Below, piece by piece: positions 36,443 to 51,831 of a DNA stretch of 64,000 nt. Below the pieces are notes generated by a model, which saw only the letters and a list, made by a program, of their open reading frames with translations, was not told the origin of the DNA and made no database searches. Positions within the stretch are counted from its first letter, which is position 1; the number at the start of each line of letters is the position of its first letter. Source of the stretch: the human T2T-CHM13v2.0 reference genome, Homo sapiens; the NCBI RefSeq assembly GCF_009914755.1, contig NC_060933.1; one strand, written 5' to 3'. The position numbers and the translations under genes are program-made.

Positions 36443-37235
36443 GAGTTTATATGTCCCACCTCTCTTTGGAGTAGCTTGTCACTCTTTGGAATTTAGTTTG
36501 CCTGGTTGCCTTACGATCTTAGTTCTGTGACAGGCTCAAGAAAGGTCATGATTTTATAGATTTTCTGGCTTTTTTTGTGTTGTTATAGTGAGAGTTGTAT
36601 TCCCTTGAGGCTTTCTGCATTCTAAGTGGAAACAGAACTCTCTCCTATAGCTTCGTCACCAAAAGGATGCTTCAATTAGGAAAAGCCCCCAGATAAGAAT
36701 CTGATTGGCCTAGTCACACTTGGCCTTCATCACATGCTCTTTCCCGCACCAATCAGTTCTCACAGAGGATGGTCCTATGATTGGCCTGACCTGGGATGGG
36801 GGCAGGAGATTTGGGATGTCTTACCAGAGGAAGGGGCTAAAAAAAATGTCTAATAAACAAAAATAGTCACCTAATGGTATAAATACAGATGTTTTATAAA
36901 ACTATTTTTTAATGAAAAAAGCAACATATGTACATGGCAAAAAATTCAAACAGTATAAAAGGAGCCTACAGTGAGAAACAATTCTTCCTCCCAAATCATA
37001 CTCCAGTCATCATCCTCAGAGGCAACCATTGTTAGTTTCTGGAATATCTAACCAGAAAGCATCTCTGCATGTACAACACACACACATGCAAACACATACC
37101 TCTACTTGAAATAGATGCTTTCTTAATCAAACCTCCACTTAATTCGTAGGATTCACCAACACTCTTCACTTTCTCTGTAAAACACACAATGAATAACTAT
37201 GGTATCCATACATCTTTCTACCAGGTGAGTATGTT

Positions 37236-37536
37236 GGCTAGGTGTGGTGGCTCACACCTGTATTCCAACCACTTTGGGAGGCCAAGATGGGTAATTGCTT
37301 GAGCTCAGGAGTTCAAGACCAGCCAGGGCAACATGATGAAACCCTGTCTGTACAAAAAATACAAAAATTAGCCAGGCATGGTGACACATGCCTATAGTCT
37401 CAGCTACTCAGGAGACTGAGGTGGGAGGATCATCTGAGTCTGGGAGGTCGACGTTGCAGTGCGCTGTGATCTTGCCACCGCACTCCAGCCTGAGTGACAG
37501 AGTGAGACCCTGTCTCAAAAAAAAAAAAAAAAAAAA
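37236..37536 (+). mobile_element. AluJ-like
   Basis: Full-length Alu. Confidence 0.93.
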
Positions 37537-37589
37537 GTCAGTGTGTTTATTCTAAGCCCATTATGCCAACTGTGTTTATTATGATATTT

Positions 37590-38345
<756 letters not shown>

Positions 38346-38907
38346 TCTTTACTTCATTAGATAAAAGGATGTCTACTCTGTGTGTATGTATGTTTGTACG
38401 TATGAAAAAGGAAATGAAGAGTACTAGTGTGTGAGAGTGTATGTGTGTCCACACATGCGCATGCATGCTCGCTAATGTTAGTGCTCAGCAGTCAGGAAAT
38501 ATGTCTCTAATGAAATGATATCTGATGAGAAACCTGAAGGAAGTGAGTCATCCATGCAAATATCTGAGAGAAGAGCATTCCGGGCAAAGAGAAGGAGTGC
38601 AAACATCTGATATATACACGTGATGGTGGGCAACTAGAAAACTATGTAACTGACTGATTAAAAATTGAATTAGATGATGTGAAAGTTTCTCCAAGATACA
38701 TTACACTGTATTATGCTATACAGTATAATAAAATCAAGGCATATGTTATGTTTGTATTGAACTTGGACTTTAGAACTTCATGTCCTATATAACTGTACAA
38801 AATATATAAATAAAAACTATTAGGAATACAAAACAAAATGTCAAGAAACAAACGGTGTAATAGAAATTGCAATTCAACACCATCAGTTAGTAACATTAAG
38901 CAGACAG

Positions 38908-39270
38908 TGTTCTAGTACATTTGTGCTGCTATAGTAGAATATCTTAGACTGGATGGCTTATAAATAACAGAAATTTATTTCTTGTAGTTCTGGAGGATGG
39001 GAAGTCCAAAATCAAAGCACTGGCAGATCTGGTGTCTTGAGAAGGACAATTCTTGGTTCATAAATGGCTGTCTTTTCACTGTGTCCTCACCTGACAGCAG
39101 ACATGAGGGTGACCTCAGGAGTCTCTTTATATGGACACTAATCTCATTTATGAGGGCTCTGCACTCAGACTTAATCACCTACCAAAGGCCTTACCTCCTA
39201 ATAACATCACACTGGGGGTGACGATTTCAACATATGAATTTTGTGGAGACATTAACATTCAGTCTATACA
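38908..39270 (-). mobile_element. MLT1A/MST-type MaLR solo LTR
   Basis: ggcttataaataacagaaatttatttct...agttctggagg...gatttcaacatatgaattttg. Confidence 0.88.
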
Positions 39271-39638
39271 AGATAAAAATAAATTGGGTTTGAGAATTTG
39301 GATAAAATAAATATAAGTAAACTAATGAGAATATAATTTGTACCCTAATATGTATTTTATAATTTTTATTAATAATAAATTTATTTACAAATAATTATAC
39401 ATTTCTCTGATCTCTTTTTAGAGTTACACTTCTTATTTCTATTTTGCATCTTGCAATATTGACTAGAACTTTCAGATCTATATTAAAATGTAGACTAAAA
39501 GTTATTTAAGCCCTAAATTATTTGACCACTGTCTATCACTCTATTTCATATTGTACTAATATTCCCTTCTGCCACAGATCACAGCAGTATTATTTATGAC
39601 AAATTAAGGGGATGAAATGATATTAACCTTGGTAATAT

Positions 39639-40288
39639 TGATACAGATGATAGAAATTATGTAGGCAGATTGTAAGGGCAACAGAATCCTCAGCAGAATT
39701 TCCCTTTTAACGAAAAGCAGCCCCCAAATCATTTCTTTTCTAATAAAGAGCAGCCTGAAAAATTGAGCTGCAGACATAGATAAGCAAGCTGGAAACCTGC
39801 ACAGGTGAATGCTGGCTACCTGAGGGCCAGGCATGTTCAACTTGGAGGCTCTATCTTCCCTTTTCTTTGTCACCACATGTACAGTAAAAAAGCAGGCAAC
39901 ATGGTGCCAGCCAGGTAGATAACCCCTCTGCATAATAAAAGACTAGTGTGGGGAGGCCAGCTTCTTCAAGCGCTATGCAAACGGCACACCTAGCCCTGAC
40001 CAGTTCTTCACGCACTATGCAAATGACACACCTGGTCTGACCAATCTTTCGTGCCCTATGTAAATCAGACACCGCCTCCTTAAGCTCATCTATAAAACCT
40101 CCTGCCCTTCACCGCAGACCAGAAGACCTGCTTGGGACCCCCCCATCTCTGCAGGAGAGAGCTTTTCTCTTTCTTTTGCCTATTAAACTTCCACTCTTAA
40201 CCTTACTCTGGTGTGTCTGCATCCTAGTTTTCTATAGCTGTGAGACAATGAATCGCGGGTATTTATCCCAGACAAGGATACCACTTCA
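39639..40288 (+). mobile_element. MER50-like ERV1 solo LTR
   Basis: TG...CA ends; aaaagcagcccccaaatcatttcttttct...gagctgcagacatagataagcaagctgg; TATA-like tataaaa ~40091; attaaa ~40182; TSD atat/gtat. Confidence 0.85.
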
Positions 40289-40639
40289 GTATCAATGTAG
40301 CTGGCCAAAGTTGGGATGTGGAGGGGAAGAGAAAATGGAGGAAATATAGAAAGTAAAACTAGGGTTAGAAGTAAGAATCTATAAAAGTTTTTTTTTAAAA
40401 GAAGGAACAGCGGGGGTAGGGAGGGGGCTCAAGACATACACTTTTAATTTTCTGTGCTCTGTCGCATTTTAAAAAATTTGTAAATCATATTCCTGTGTTA
40501 CTGTGATAATTTTTAAAGAAATAAAAGTAAAGGAAAATATTGAAACCCTGAAAGAAACCCTACTTTGTCATAGTGAGTAATTCTATTAATTTGTGGGTGT
40601 ATTTGTTATTCTAGCATTTTATTTAGAATTTTCACATCT

Positions 40640-41438
<799 letters not shown>

Positions 41439-41488
41439 TAGTCAATAAATCTTTATGTCATGTTAGGCATAATTTTAGGTTTGGGGGC

Positions 41489-42702
41489 CGCTATGATCTG
41501 AGTGTTTGTGTTTCTCCAAAATGTATAAGCTCAAACCTAATCCCCAATGTGAGGTTTTTTGAGGTGGGGCTTTTGGGAGGTGATGAGGTTATGAGGGTGG
41601 AGCCGTCATGAACTGGATTCGTGCCTGTGATAGTGTGAAGTATCTGTTTGGTCTTCAACCCATTTTCTGCCATACAACTCCTAAAATCCTTCAAATCTCC
41701 AAAGTGATGTCTTTTCATATGCTAATGATTGACTGATGGCTGGCAGCCCCCAGGCAGTCTCAGGATGGAGGCTGGTCACCAGAAAGACCAAGGCAAGGTT
41801 AGAGGTTTGGGACTTTCACCCCATCCCTCCATTTCTAAGGAGGGGCTGAAGGTTAAGTTGATCACCAAGGTCCAGTGATTTAATCAACCTTGCCTACATA
41901 ATGAAGCCTCCATAAAACCCCAAAAGGATAGGGTTTGGAGAGCTTCCCAATAGCTGAACACATAGAGGCTTACAGAAAAGTGAACAAGAACTCATCCACA
42001 TGCCAGGAGGGTGGTGCACCTCAACTCCGCAAGGACAGAAGCTCCTGGGCTCAGGATCCTTCCAGACCTTCTATGTATCTCTTCTTCTGGCTGTTTGTAT
42101 CCTTTAATATATCCTTTGTAATAAACCAGTAAACATAAGTGTTTCTCTGAACCCTTAATCAACTCAAAGATGAGGTTGTGGAAACCTCAGATTGAAACCA
42201 GTTGGTCAGATGTTCTGGAGGCCTAGACTTGGGACTGGTGGGAAGGAGGGGGTGGTCTTGTGGGACTGAGCCCTGAACCTGTGGTTTCTGAGGCTCTCTT
42301 CATCTAGATAAGGTCAGAACTGAATTGACTTGGAAGACACCCAGCTGATGTTTGCTGCAGAATTGATTGCTTGTGTGCTGTTGGGGTGGGGGAACCCCCA
42401 CACATTTGGTCACAGAAGTCTGTGTTGATTGTTGTAGAGTGAGAGGATAGAACTCTTTCCCCCCGCCCCTCACAGTGCCCTTATAAAACAGGCTCAAGGG
42501 AGCTTATTCGCTCCTTCCACTATGTGAGGACACAGCAAAATGCCCTCTATGAAGCAGGGAATGGGGTCTCACCAGCCATCAAATCTACAGTTGTTTGACT
42601 TTAGACTTCTCAGCCTCTAGAACTGTGAGAGATAAATTTCTGTTGTTTATAAGCCACCCAGTCCATGATATTTTGTTACAGCAGCCTGGGTGGACTGAGA
42701 CA
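41489..42702 (+). mobile_element. MLT1A/MST-type MaLR LTR split by MER21
   Basis: 5' part 41489-41625 (aaacctaatccccaatgtg...gagggtggagcc); 3' part 42475-42702 (agaactgtgaga...tttataagccacccagt). Confidence 0.85.
41626..42474 (+). mobile_element. MER21-like LTR
   Basis: tgtgatagtgtgaag...catacaactcctaaaatcc...cacatttggtcacagaagt...cctcaca; TSD gtgcc on both sides. Confidence 0.85.
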
Positions 42703-42763
42703 GGCTACAGCAGTAAATAAGAAAGACGAGGTGCCTACATCCATGGAGTAGAGCTTTCATTCT

Positions 42764-43190
42764 TGTGGAGTCCTAACTAGGGAGAAGGAGTCAGGCTGCT
42801 AGGACCAGGGGAAAGCAAAAAGAAAAATCAGATAAGCTGTAAGTCTGCCTTTGTTCATGGTCTAGGACACACAGCCCTCCCTGCACAAATAACTCACAGT
42901 CTTTCTGTGCCAGCTATCAGCAGACCCCTGGCTGATAGGAAAATGCAAGTTAGCTCCTGCAATACTGGCGCTATCAGAACTGCACGGAGCCGTCTCCAGC
43001 ACAAGCACCATCGTATGAAATCCCCAGCAAGCCTTTGCCTTCTTGCAGTCAGCTCCTCTCTTGCTGACTTGCGCATTGCTCTCTTGCGATGTATTTTCTC
43101 TAACAGATCTGTCTTTCTTTACCTACAACTGTCTTGGTAAATTCTTTTTACTGCCTGTGCCACCAGCCCCAGATAGCACTATCTGCAACA
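42764..43190 (+). mobile_element. Solo ERV LTR (LTR23/LTR47-like)
   Basis: tgtggagtcctaa...tgcaaca with perfect TSD attct (42759-42763, 43191-43195); subfamily uncertain. Confidence 0.8.
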
Positions 43191-44374
43191 ATTCTGAATT
43201 GAGAGAGTCAGTAAATAAGGAGATAAATTAATATGTTTTTAAAAATCAGGCATAATAAATACTTGCCAGAAAATGAAAACAGTGATAACTGATGGTCTGA
43301 GGAGGTGGTATTTAGGCTGAGATTCAAACAATAAAAAAGGAGGTAAAAAACTCCTACTTCAAGTGCCATGCAAACTTTATATGTTGTACCACTGCTATAA
43401 TCAGAAAAATAATTTCACTGAATTAAAGATCATGTATTCTGTGTATGAGCACACAATGAAATTATTTTCTTACATGGAAAGTAACACCCTTCTACACACA
43501 CAAATAGTCTCTCTTTGGATGGGAGTATAAATTCTGTTGTTCATTAACCTAGTCAGTGTCTAGCAAACAATACACCCTATATTTCTTTCTTGTACAATTT
43601 TACTGAAAATCAAGTGACATAAGTAAAAAATCTATGGAGACAAAGTGTCTGCATCACCAGAGTTTTCCATGTGTGACCTGGAGGATCACTGTGTCATTCT
43701 GTTCTGCTCTTAGAGTGACACAGTGACTCCTCTTACTTTTAGGAGACTTCTCTTCTATTTTCCCTATGCAGAACATACCCTGTCACTACAAATATACTAG
43801 ATAGACTTGCTCTAGTGAGAATTAACTTAATTTTAAATAATCACTTACAGTTTGGAACAGCTACCTTTGCTACTTACACAATATCATAATGAAACAAAAG
43901 GTTGCTGGAAACGCTGAAAGCAAAGTTCAGGCAATGAGTGATATCCTAGAAATAAATACTGAATTACCTGTATTACTCCTTAGTCCCAGATTTGGGGAGC
44001 ACCCAGGGTTTAATTAAGATATTTGGAAGCCGTAAACATTAGAAGCAAGTTTCCTCTGTCCTTACCAAATGCAATTCAAAATAAGAAAAAAATTCCAAGC
44101 CATGAATTATATCTAAAGAAGTATAGTAAATTTTAGATGTTCCCCCCGATGACTATATTGAGATTTTAAAGAAACATTAAAAATAAAATAGTTTAAATTT
44201 TCTTGTTTTGGGTGATCCCATTTTGCTTGAGTTCTCAACATTGATTAAGGTCAATTCTGCCATTTGTCAACTGGATCTCATTCATTCACTTCTACTTTAG
44301 TACTTTCCTTCCATAATCACCTGCACTCCTCTCTACTGAATCATTTACATTAGTCAGAAAACTTGCTTAGTATT

Positions 44375-44721
44375 TGATATGGTTTGGCTCTGTGTCCCAA
44401 CTCAAATCTTATCTCAACCTGTAATCCCCATGTGTCAAGGGAGAAAGGTGATTAGATCACGTGGGAGGTTCCCCCATGCTGTTCCGGGGATAGTGAGTGA
44501 GTTCTCACAAGATATGATGGTTTTATAAAGGGCTCTTCTCCCTTTGCACTCTCTCTTCTGCCACCTTGTGAAGAAGGTGACTGCTTCCCCTTCCACCATG
44601 ATTGTAAGTTTCCTGAGACCTCCGCAGCCTTGCAGATCTATGTGTCAAATAAACCTCCTTTGTTTATAAATTACCCAGCCTCGGTAGTATCTTTGTAACA
44701 GTGTGAAAACAGACTAATATA
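44375..44721 (+). mobile_element. THE1 (THE1D-like) solo LTR
   Basis: tgatatggtttggctctgtgtcc...ttataaattacccagcctc...agactaatata; TSD gtatt/gtatc. Confidence 0.92.
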
Positions 44722-45243
44722 GTATCTCATTTCTTAAAAGAAAACAAAAATCTTCCTGGACTCTATTCCCTTTTTATATAGCTCCTTGTTTATCTGTTCC
44801 CCATCAGAGCACTCAAAAATGTTATCTATATCCACTCCACAAAAGGTGAAACCACTTGTTCAAGGTTGCTAATGGCCTCCTTGTTGCCGAATCTAAGGGT
44901 CAATTCTCAGGACTTATTTTATTGCACCTCTCACCAAAATTCGATATAATTAGTCATGTCCTTCCCTTTTACTCCTTTTTTCACTTGGCTTCCATGACTC
45001 TGAAGTCTTCTGGTTTTCCTCCCATGGCACTGGTTATTCCATCTCAGTTTCCTATGTTAATCCATTTTGTTAGTTTCTAAACAGCTGTGTTTAAGTGCCT
45101 TAGCGTTCAGTCTGAGACCTCTTCTTTATCAACACTGATGGCATTAACAATCTGTTTTTTATCCACACTTTATTGGTGGGATGGCTTTTTAATCTTTTGG
45201 GTCTATGGATAGAATGGTATTTCAATATAATTGACTTCCTTTT

Positions 45244-45370
45244 TGTACCAGTCCGTTCTTGCACTGCTATAAAGAAATACCTAATCTGGGTAATTTATAA
45301 AAAAAAAAAAAGAGGTTTAATTGGCTCATGGTTCTGCAGGCTATACAGGAAGCATGACTGGGGAGGCTTG
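45244..45370 (-). mobile_element. MSTA-like LTR fragment
   Basis: gcactgctataaagaaatacct...ctgggtaatttataa...ggtttaattggctcatggttctgcaggct. Confidence 0.85.
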
Positions 45371-45986
45371 GACAGCTTCCCTCCCACATCTGGCACCCTG
45401 GCAGTGATGGCTGGAAAGCTGGGTTTATCTGGGACAATTGACTGAAATACCTATGGATCCTCTCCAGCCTGGTGATCTCAGAGAGGTAAGATTTCTTTTT
45501 TTTTTTTCTGAGACGGAGTCTCGCACTGTCACTCGGGCTTGAGAGTAATGATGCAATCTCGGCTCACTGCAACCTCCTGAATAGCTGGGATTACAGGTGC
45601 CTGCCACCATGCCCGGCTAATTTTTTGTATTTTTACTAGAGACAGGGTTTCACTATGTTGGCCAGGTTGATCTCGAACTCCTGACCTCGTGATCTGCCCG
45701 CCTTGGCCTCCCAAAGTGCTAGGATTATAGATGTGAGCCACCACGCCCAGCTGAGAGGTAAGATTTCTTATGTGGGAGCTCAGGGCACCCAGAGTGTTCC
45801 AAGAGGCCTGGGTAGAAACAGCAAGGCTTCTCATGGCCTAACCCTAGGTGTCCCAGATTGTCATTTTTACCCGTTTGTAGGTCAAGCAAGTCATTAAATC
45901 AACCCAGATTCAAGAGGAGGGAAATTAGACACCACCTCTCAAAGGGAAGGGAAACAAAGCTCTATGGCCATCTTTAATCTACCACA
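45371..45986 (-). mobile_element. MLT1 (F/G/H-like) LTR fragment split by Alu
   Basis: aacccagattcaagaggagggaaattagacaccacctctc...ggccatctttaatctaccaca. Confidence 0.7.
45497..45752 (-). mobile_element. Alu with internal deletion
   Basis: TSD gagaggtaagatttctt (45481-45497, 45753-45769). Confidence 0.93.
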
Positions 45987-46354
45987 GATGCCTAATAGGT
46001 GTCTCATTTGTAACATGTCCAAACAAAACTCTCAATTTCCTCTCTATACCTGCTCCTTTCTGGTGATCACCCTCCCAGTAAATTGGACCGATTGCTCAGG
46101 CCCCAATTCTTGGAGTCATCCATGACTGTCCTCTTAGTTCCATACTCTACATTCTATTCATTAGCAAATCCTGTTGGCACCACCTTGAAAATACATCCTC
46201 AGTCTGACTGCTCACTCTCTCTACCTCTATTGCTATCACTCTAGTATGACCCACTATCGTTTTTTTCCTGGACTACTTTCATAGTTTCCCAACCGGATTA
46301 TCAGCTACCACTCTTGACCTCATGACTCCTCCACACAACAGCCTCAGAGATCCA

Positions 46355-47752
46355 TTTATTTATTTATTTTTGAGACAGGGTCTTGCTTTGTTGCCCAGGC
46401 TGGAGTACAGTGGTGTGATCACAGCTCACTGCAGCCTCAATCTCCCCAGGCTCAGGCAATCCTCCCACATCAGCCTCCTGAGTAGCTGGGACTACAGACA
46501 CGTGCCACCAAACCCAGCTTATTTTTGTATTTTTTGTAGAGACAGGGTTTGTAGGTCTCTGGCCTAGAGCAGTGGTAATGAGGATTGAAGAGCCAAAGTG
46601 AATTCCAAAGCTATCCCAGTGATAGGGCAAATTATTTAAATAAGACCCTCTTTTCTGTGGGGAAAAGAGAGATCAGACTGTTACTGTGTCTATGTAGAAA
46701 GAAGTAGACATAAGAGACTCCATTTTGTTCTGTACTAAGAAAAATTCTTTTGCCTTGAGATGCTGTTAATCTGTAACCCTACCCCCAACCCTGTGCTTGC
46801 AGAGACATGTGCTGTGTCAACTCAAGGTTTAATGGATTTAGGGCTATGCAGAATGTGCTTTGTTAAACAAATGCTTGAAGGCAGCATGCTTGTTAAAAGT
46901 CATCACCACTCCCTACTCTCAAGTACCCAGGGACACAAAACACTGTGGAAGGCCACAGGGACCTCTGCCTAGGAAAGCCAGGTATTTTCCAAGGTTTCTC
47001 CCCATGTGATAGTCTGAAATATGGCCTCGTGGGAAGGGAAAGACCTGACCGTCCCCTAGCCTGACACCCATAAAGGGTCTGTGCTAGGAAGGATTAGTAA
47101 AAGAGGAAGGCCTCTTTGCAGTTGAGGTAAGAGGAAGGCATCTGTCTCCTGCTCATCCCTGGGCAATGGAATGTCTTGGTGTAAAACCCGATTGTATATT
47201 CCATCTACTGAGATAGGAGGAAACCGCCTTAGGGCTGCAGGTGAGACATGCTGGTGGCAATACTGCTCTTTAAGGCATTGAGATGTTTATGTATATGCAC
47301 ATCAAAAGCACAGCACTTTTTTCTTTGCCTTGTTTATGATGCAGAGACATTTGTTCACATGTTTTCCTGCTGACCTTCTCCCCACTATTACCCTATTGTC
47401 CTGCCACATCCCTCTCTCCAAGATGGTAGAGATAATGATCAATAAATAGTGAGGTAACTCAGAGACTGGTGCTGGCGCAGGTCCTCCGTATGCTGAGTGC
47501 CCATCCCCTGGGCCCACTTTCCTTTCTCTATACTTTGTCTCTGTGTCTCTTTTGTTTCTCAAGTCTCTCGTTCCACCTGACGAGAAACACCCACAGGTGT
47601 GGAGGGGCAGGCTACCCCTTCACTTTCCACTCTCACTTTCCAAATTCCAAAAATGCAAGAGTTTTAGGTACATTTACAAGCTGCCCTGTCATCCATTGCC
47701 CAGGCTGGTCTCAAATTCCTGGGCTCAAGTGAGTCACTCGCCTTCGTCTTCC
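46355..47752 (-). mobile_element. AluJ-like split into ~46355-46550 and ~47696-47752
   Basis: Alu stops at gagacagggttt and resumes at ttgcccaggctggtctcaaa; TSD agagatcc(a/t)ttta. Confidence 0.85.
46656..47622 (+). mobile_element. HERV-K(HML-2) solo LTR, LTR5B-like
   Basis: tgtggggaaaagagagatcagactgttactgtg...ggaggggcaggctaccccttca, 967 bp; aataaa at 47441; TSD cttttc/ctttcc; lacks LTR5_Hs variants as I recall them. Confidence 0.93.
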
Positions 47753-48137
47753 AAGAGATCCTTTTAAATGTAAGTCAAATCATGTCATCAATGTGCTTAT
47801 AATGTTCCAGTGGCTTCATATCTCAAAGTAGAATCCAAAATTCTTACGAGGACTTTCATAACTTAATAATATCTAAATCCTGGCCACTATTCTGACCTTA
47901 TTTCCTACCTTTCTTCCCTTCATTCACTCCAGTCCAGCCCCACTGGCTTATCTGTTCTTCCTCAAAGAAGCCAAATGTGCTCTTCCACAAGGCCGTTGCA
48001 CTTGGCACTTCTCACTACACGGAATGCCCCTTCCTTACATATTTGTGTGGCTTAATCCCCTATTTTATTGAGGTCTTTGTTCAAATGTCATTTATTTAGA
48101 GAAGCCCTGTTTATCACTGCAGCACCCATATTTACTC

Positions 48138-48443
48138 TTTTTTTTTTTTTTTTTTTTTTTGAGACAAGGTCTCCCTCTGTCTCCCAGGCTGGAGTGCAGT
48201 GGCATGATTATGGCTCACTGTAGCCTCGACCTGCTGGGCTTAAGCAAGCCTCCCACCGCAGCTTTCCAAGTAGCCAGGACAACAGGCACACGCCACCACG
48301 TCCAGCTAATTTTTAAAATGTTTATACAGACAGAGTCTCACCATGTTGCCCAGGCTGGTCTTGAAATCCTGAGCTCAAGTGATCCTCCCACCTTGGCCTC
48401 CAAAGGGGCTAGGATTACAGGTGTGAGCCACCACATCTGGGCC
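48138..48443 (-). mobile_element. AluJ-like
   Basis: TSD atttactct. Confidence 0.93.
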
Positions 48444-49243
48444 ACATTTACTCTGTATCCCCTCTATCACACTATCCTATGCATTTATTTTTTTAATACC
48501 TGCCTGCTGCATTAGAATATAAGTTCCATGAAAGCAGAAACTTAGTCTTATTTGCTACTATTTCCCCATCCCTCAAAACAGTGCCTATCACATAATAGGT
48601 GTTCAATAAATGTTTGTTGAATAAATGAATAAATGTGTTTAGTCTACCTATTGGGTGCTTCAACACTAGGAGCCAAAAGAGAATGTTTACTAAAACCTTG
48701 GGGGTAATTTGGTTCACTGTGGAATAGCACCTTCACCAATATTAATCATGATGTGGTTCAATTGCAAATCAAAGGAATGCATACAGTTTTTGAATCTGCC
48801 TCTCATTCATTCTCTCTGCGGGATCTAATAATAGTCCCTCTTGGAATAGCTGTGAATTGCTGAACAATGCAAGTACTTTATTTTTATTCCTTCTTTAGAA
48901 TATTAGGTTATTTCCTACCTCTTTCTTGCATGCACATTTTATAGCCTTCTGACAGGAATCAGTTCTACTGATAAATGTGTGTACCTAGCAAAGGCTAGTT
49001 AATGATATAAATCATAGAGTAAATCAAGACCCATGTACCAGATAAATTGGCCAAGGTGATGGAAGGGCATAAAAGTGAGAAGAGATTAGGAAAGGCACTG
49101 TAAGATAGGAGCTTATAAATGCTAGTGAATGTTTACCTTTTTTAGTTGGTCTTAAGTTAGGACGTAGCCTGCTTCCAATTGCACCACATAGGCTAAGTGG
49201 TCAATAAAATATCTCGAGTTAACATAAAAATATAAAGTTCTAT

Positions 49244-49577
49244 CTTTCTTTTTTTTTTTTTTTGAGACAGAGTCTCATTTTGTCACCCAGGCTGGAGTGC
49301 AGTGGCACGATCTAGGCTCACTGCAACTGCTGCCTCCTGGTTTCAAGTGATTCACCTGCCTCAGCCTCCCAGTTTCAAGTGATTCTCCTGCCTCAGCTTC
49401 CCAAGTAGCTGAGATTACAGGCACGTGCCATCATGCCTGGCTAACGTTTATATTTTTGGTAGAGACAGGATTTCACCATGTTGGCCAGGCTGGTCTTGAG
49501 CTCCTGACCTGAACTGATCCACCCACCTCAGCCTCCCAAAGTGCTGGGATTATAGGCATGAGCCACCATGCCCAGCC
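49244..49577 (-). mobile_element. Alu (AluS-like) with internal ~32-bp tandem duplication
   Basis: gtttcaagtgattc(a/t)cctgcctcagc(c/t)tccca present twice. Confidence 0.93.
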
Positions 49578-49781
49578 TAAATTCTGCCTTTTTGGAATGC
49601 TAAGGTGCCATAGCTACAGGAGGGATGAAGGATGGAGGGATAAAGAATATGTACTAGTGTAGGAATAAGTGGAGCACTGGTGACAACTCTGAGAAAGTAA
49701 AAAAACAAACAGAAAAAGTTCTTGCAAAATTCTGCTACCTGCCTGGAGGGCAGTAAGAACATTTAGAAAGATATTGCTGCT

Positions 49782-50090
<309 letters not shown>

Positions 50091-50119
50091 CTAATCCAGA
50101 TATGGATGCTGTGATGGCC

Positions 50120-50288
50120 AGAGCCTTGGCACTCAAAGTGAGATCTGTACACCAGCATGGGCATTGCCTGGGTGCTTATTAAAAATGTGGAATATCAGGC
50201 TCCACCCCAGACCCACTGAATTAGAATCTACATTTTGACAAGATTCCCAACTGATTCACATACACAATAAAGTTTGAGAGTCTCTGGC
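50120..50288. mobile_element. MER5-like hAT-Charlie MITE
   Basis: ctcaaagtg...accagcat...ccaccccagacccactgaattagaatctacatttt...aaagtttgaga. Confidence 0.8.
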
Positions 50289-51350
50289 CTAGAGCAGTGG
50301 TAATGAGGATTGAGGAGCCAAAGTGAATTCTAAAGTTGTCTCAGTCTCAGTACTACGGCAAATTATTGAGATAAGACTTTCCTTTCTACTCTCACTTTCC
50401 AGGTTCCAAAAAGGAAGGGTTTAGGTCCACTTACTAGCCATTTGACCTTGGATAAATTATTAACTCCCCTATGCTTCATTAATATGGCTCTGTTGTCACT
50501 AAGGTATCCAAAAAACTCTAACTGCTGACTCTATGAATTATTTGTAATCCTCCTCCTCTTGCACTGCCCGGTCAAGTGGTCATACAGTTCATTTGAATTT
50601 TTATGTATTTGATCTACCCTATTGTAAAGTTAACAAATTACTGGGGAGTAAATACTAAGACTAATGATGGTTCCAACAGGGCCCCGCTTCTAGCTGTGAG
50701 GAATGAGACGTTTGCCTCCCTTGGAACAAAGCTCTATAAATAGGTAATCTAACTGGAAAATTGCTCAACAAATGTATTAATTATGCTTAATGCTTGCATA
50801 TAGAATAAATTTGGTGGAAATCACTAATGTACCAAAGGAGTAGCATCCTAGGTCATATAAGAACTAGTTCCTCTTCCCTTAGCATAGTGGCTTCGAACAA
50901 GTAGAAAATCATCATCGCCATTATTTTTAACCCTTAGGATAACTTTCCAAAGGCCCATTCATCCTCAGTGTGGAAATGGTGAGACTAAAGGGCTGACAAA
51001 ACTAAAAATAAACAGAGCAGATTTTAAACTTAATTGATGATGGCTTCCAAGGACTTTAAAAAACTCAGGTGTCTCAAGGAAAAAGCTTGTCCTCATTTCT
51101 TATCAATGGATGACTAATCATTTTGAACCATTTTTATTTTAACCATTTTCAACTCTCTTTATCTACAATTTGTCCCCACCTTATGCCTAGTTTAACACAA
51201 CTGCCAGTGAATTCTAGGGAGGATAAAAACACTTTATGGCAAGCAAAAGCTGGAAGGCAGCACTTGAGAATGAATGGCAGATGAAGAAATTCTGAAAATC
51301 CTCTCCTCCATATAAGCAATGTGAACACTTTGCAAAAATTGTCAAAATTA

Positions 51351-51831
<481 letters not shown>

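Larger units (their letters stand above)
44240..48635 (+). mobile_element. L2 element, fragmented by at least seven later insertions
   Basis: ORF 44856 SKGQFSGLILLHLSPKFDIISH resembles L2 RT motif LILLDLSAAFDTVDH; L2 3' end aataaatgtttgttgaataaatgaat at ~48606-48631. Confidence 0.8.

Noticed and set aside
49340-49404. 32-bp tandem duplication in an Alu
   Set aside because: Ordinary slippage-type duplication; recorded as a feature only.
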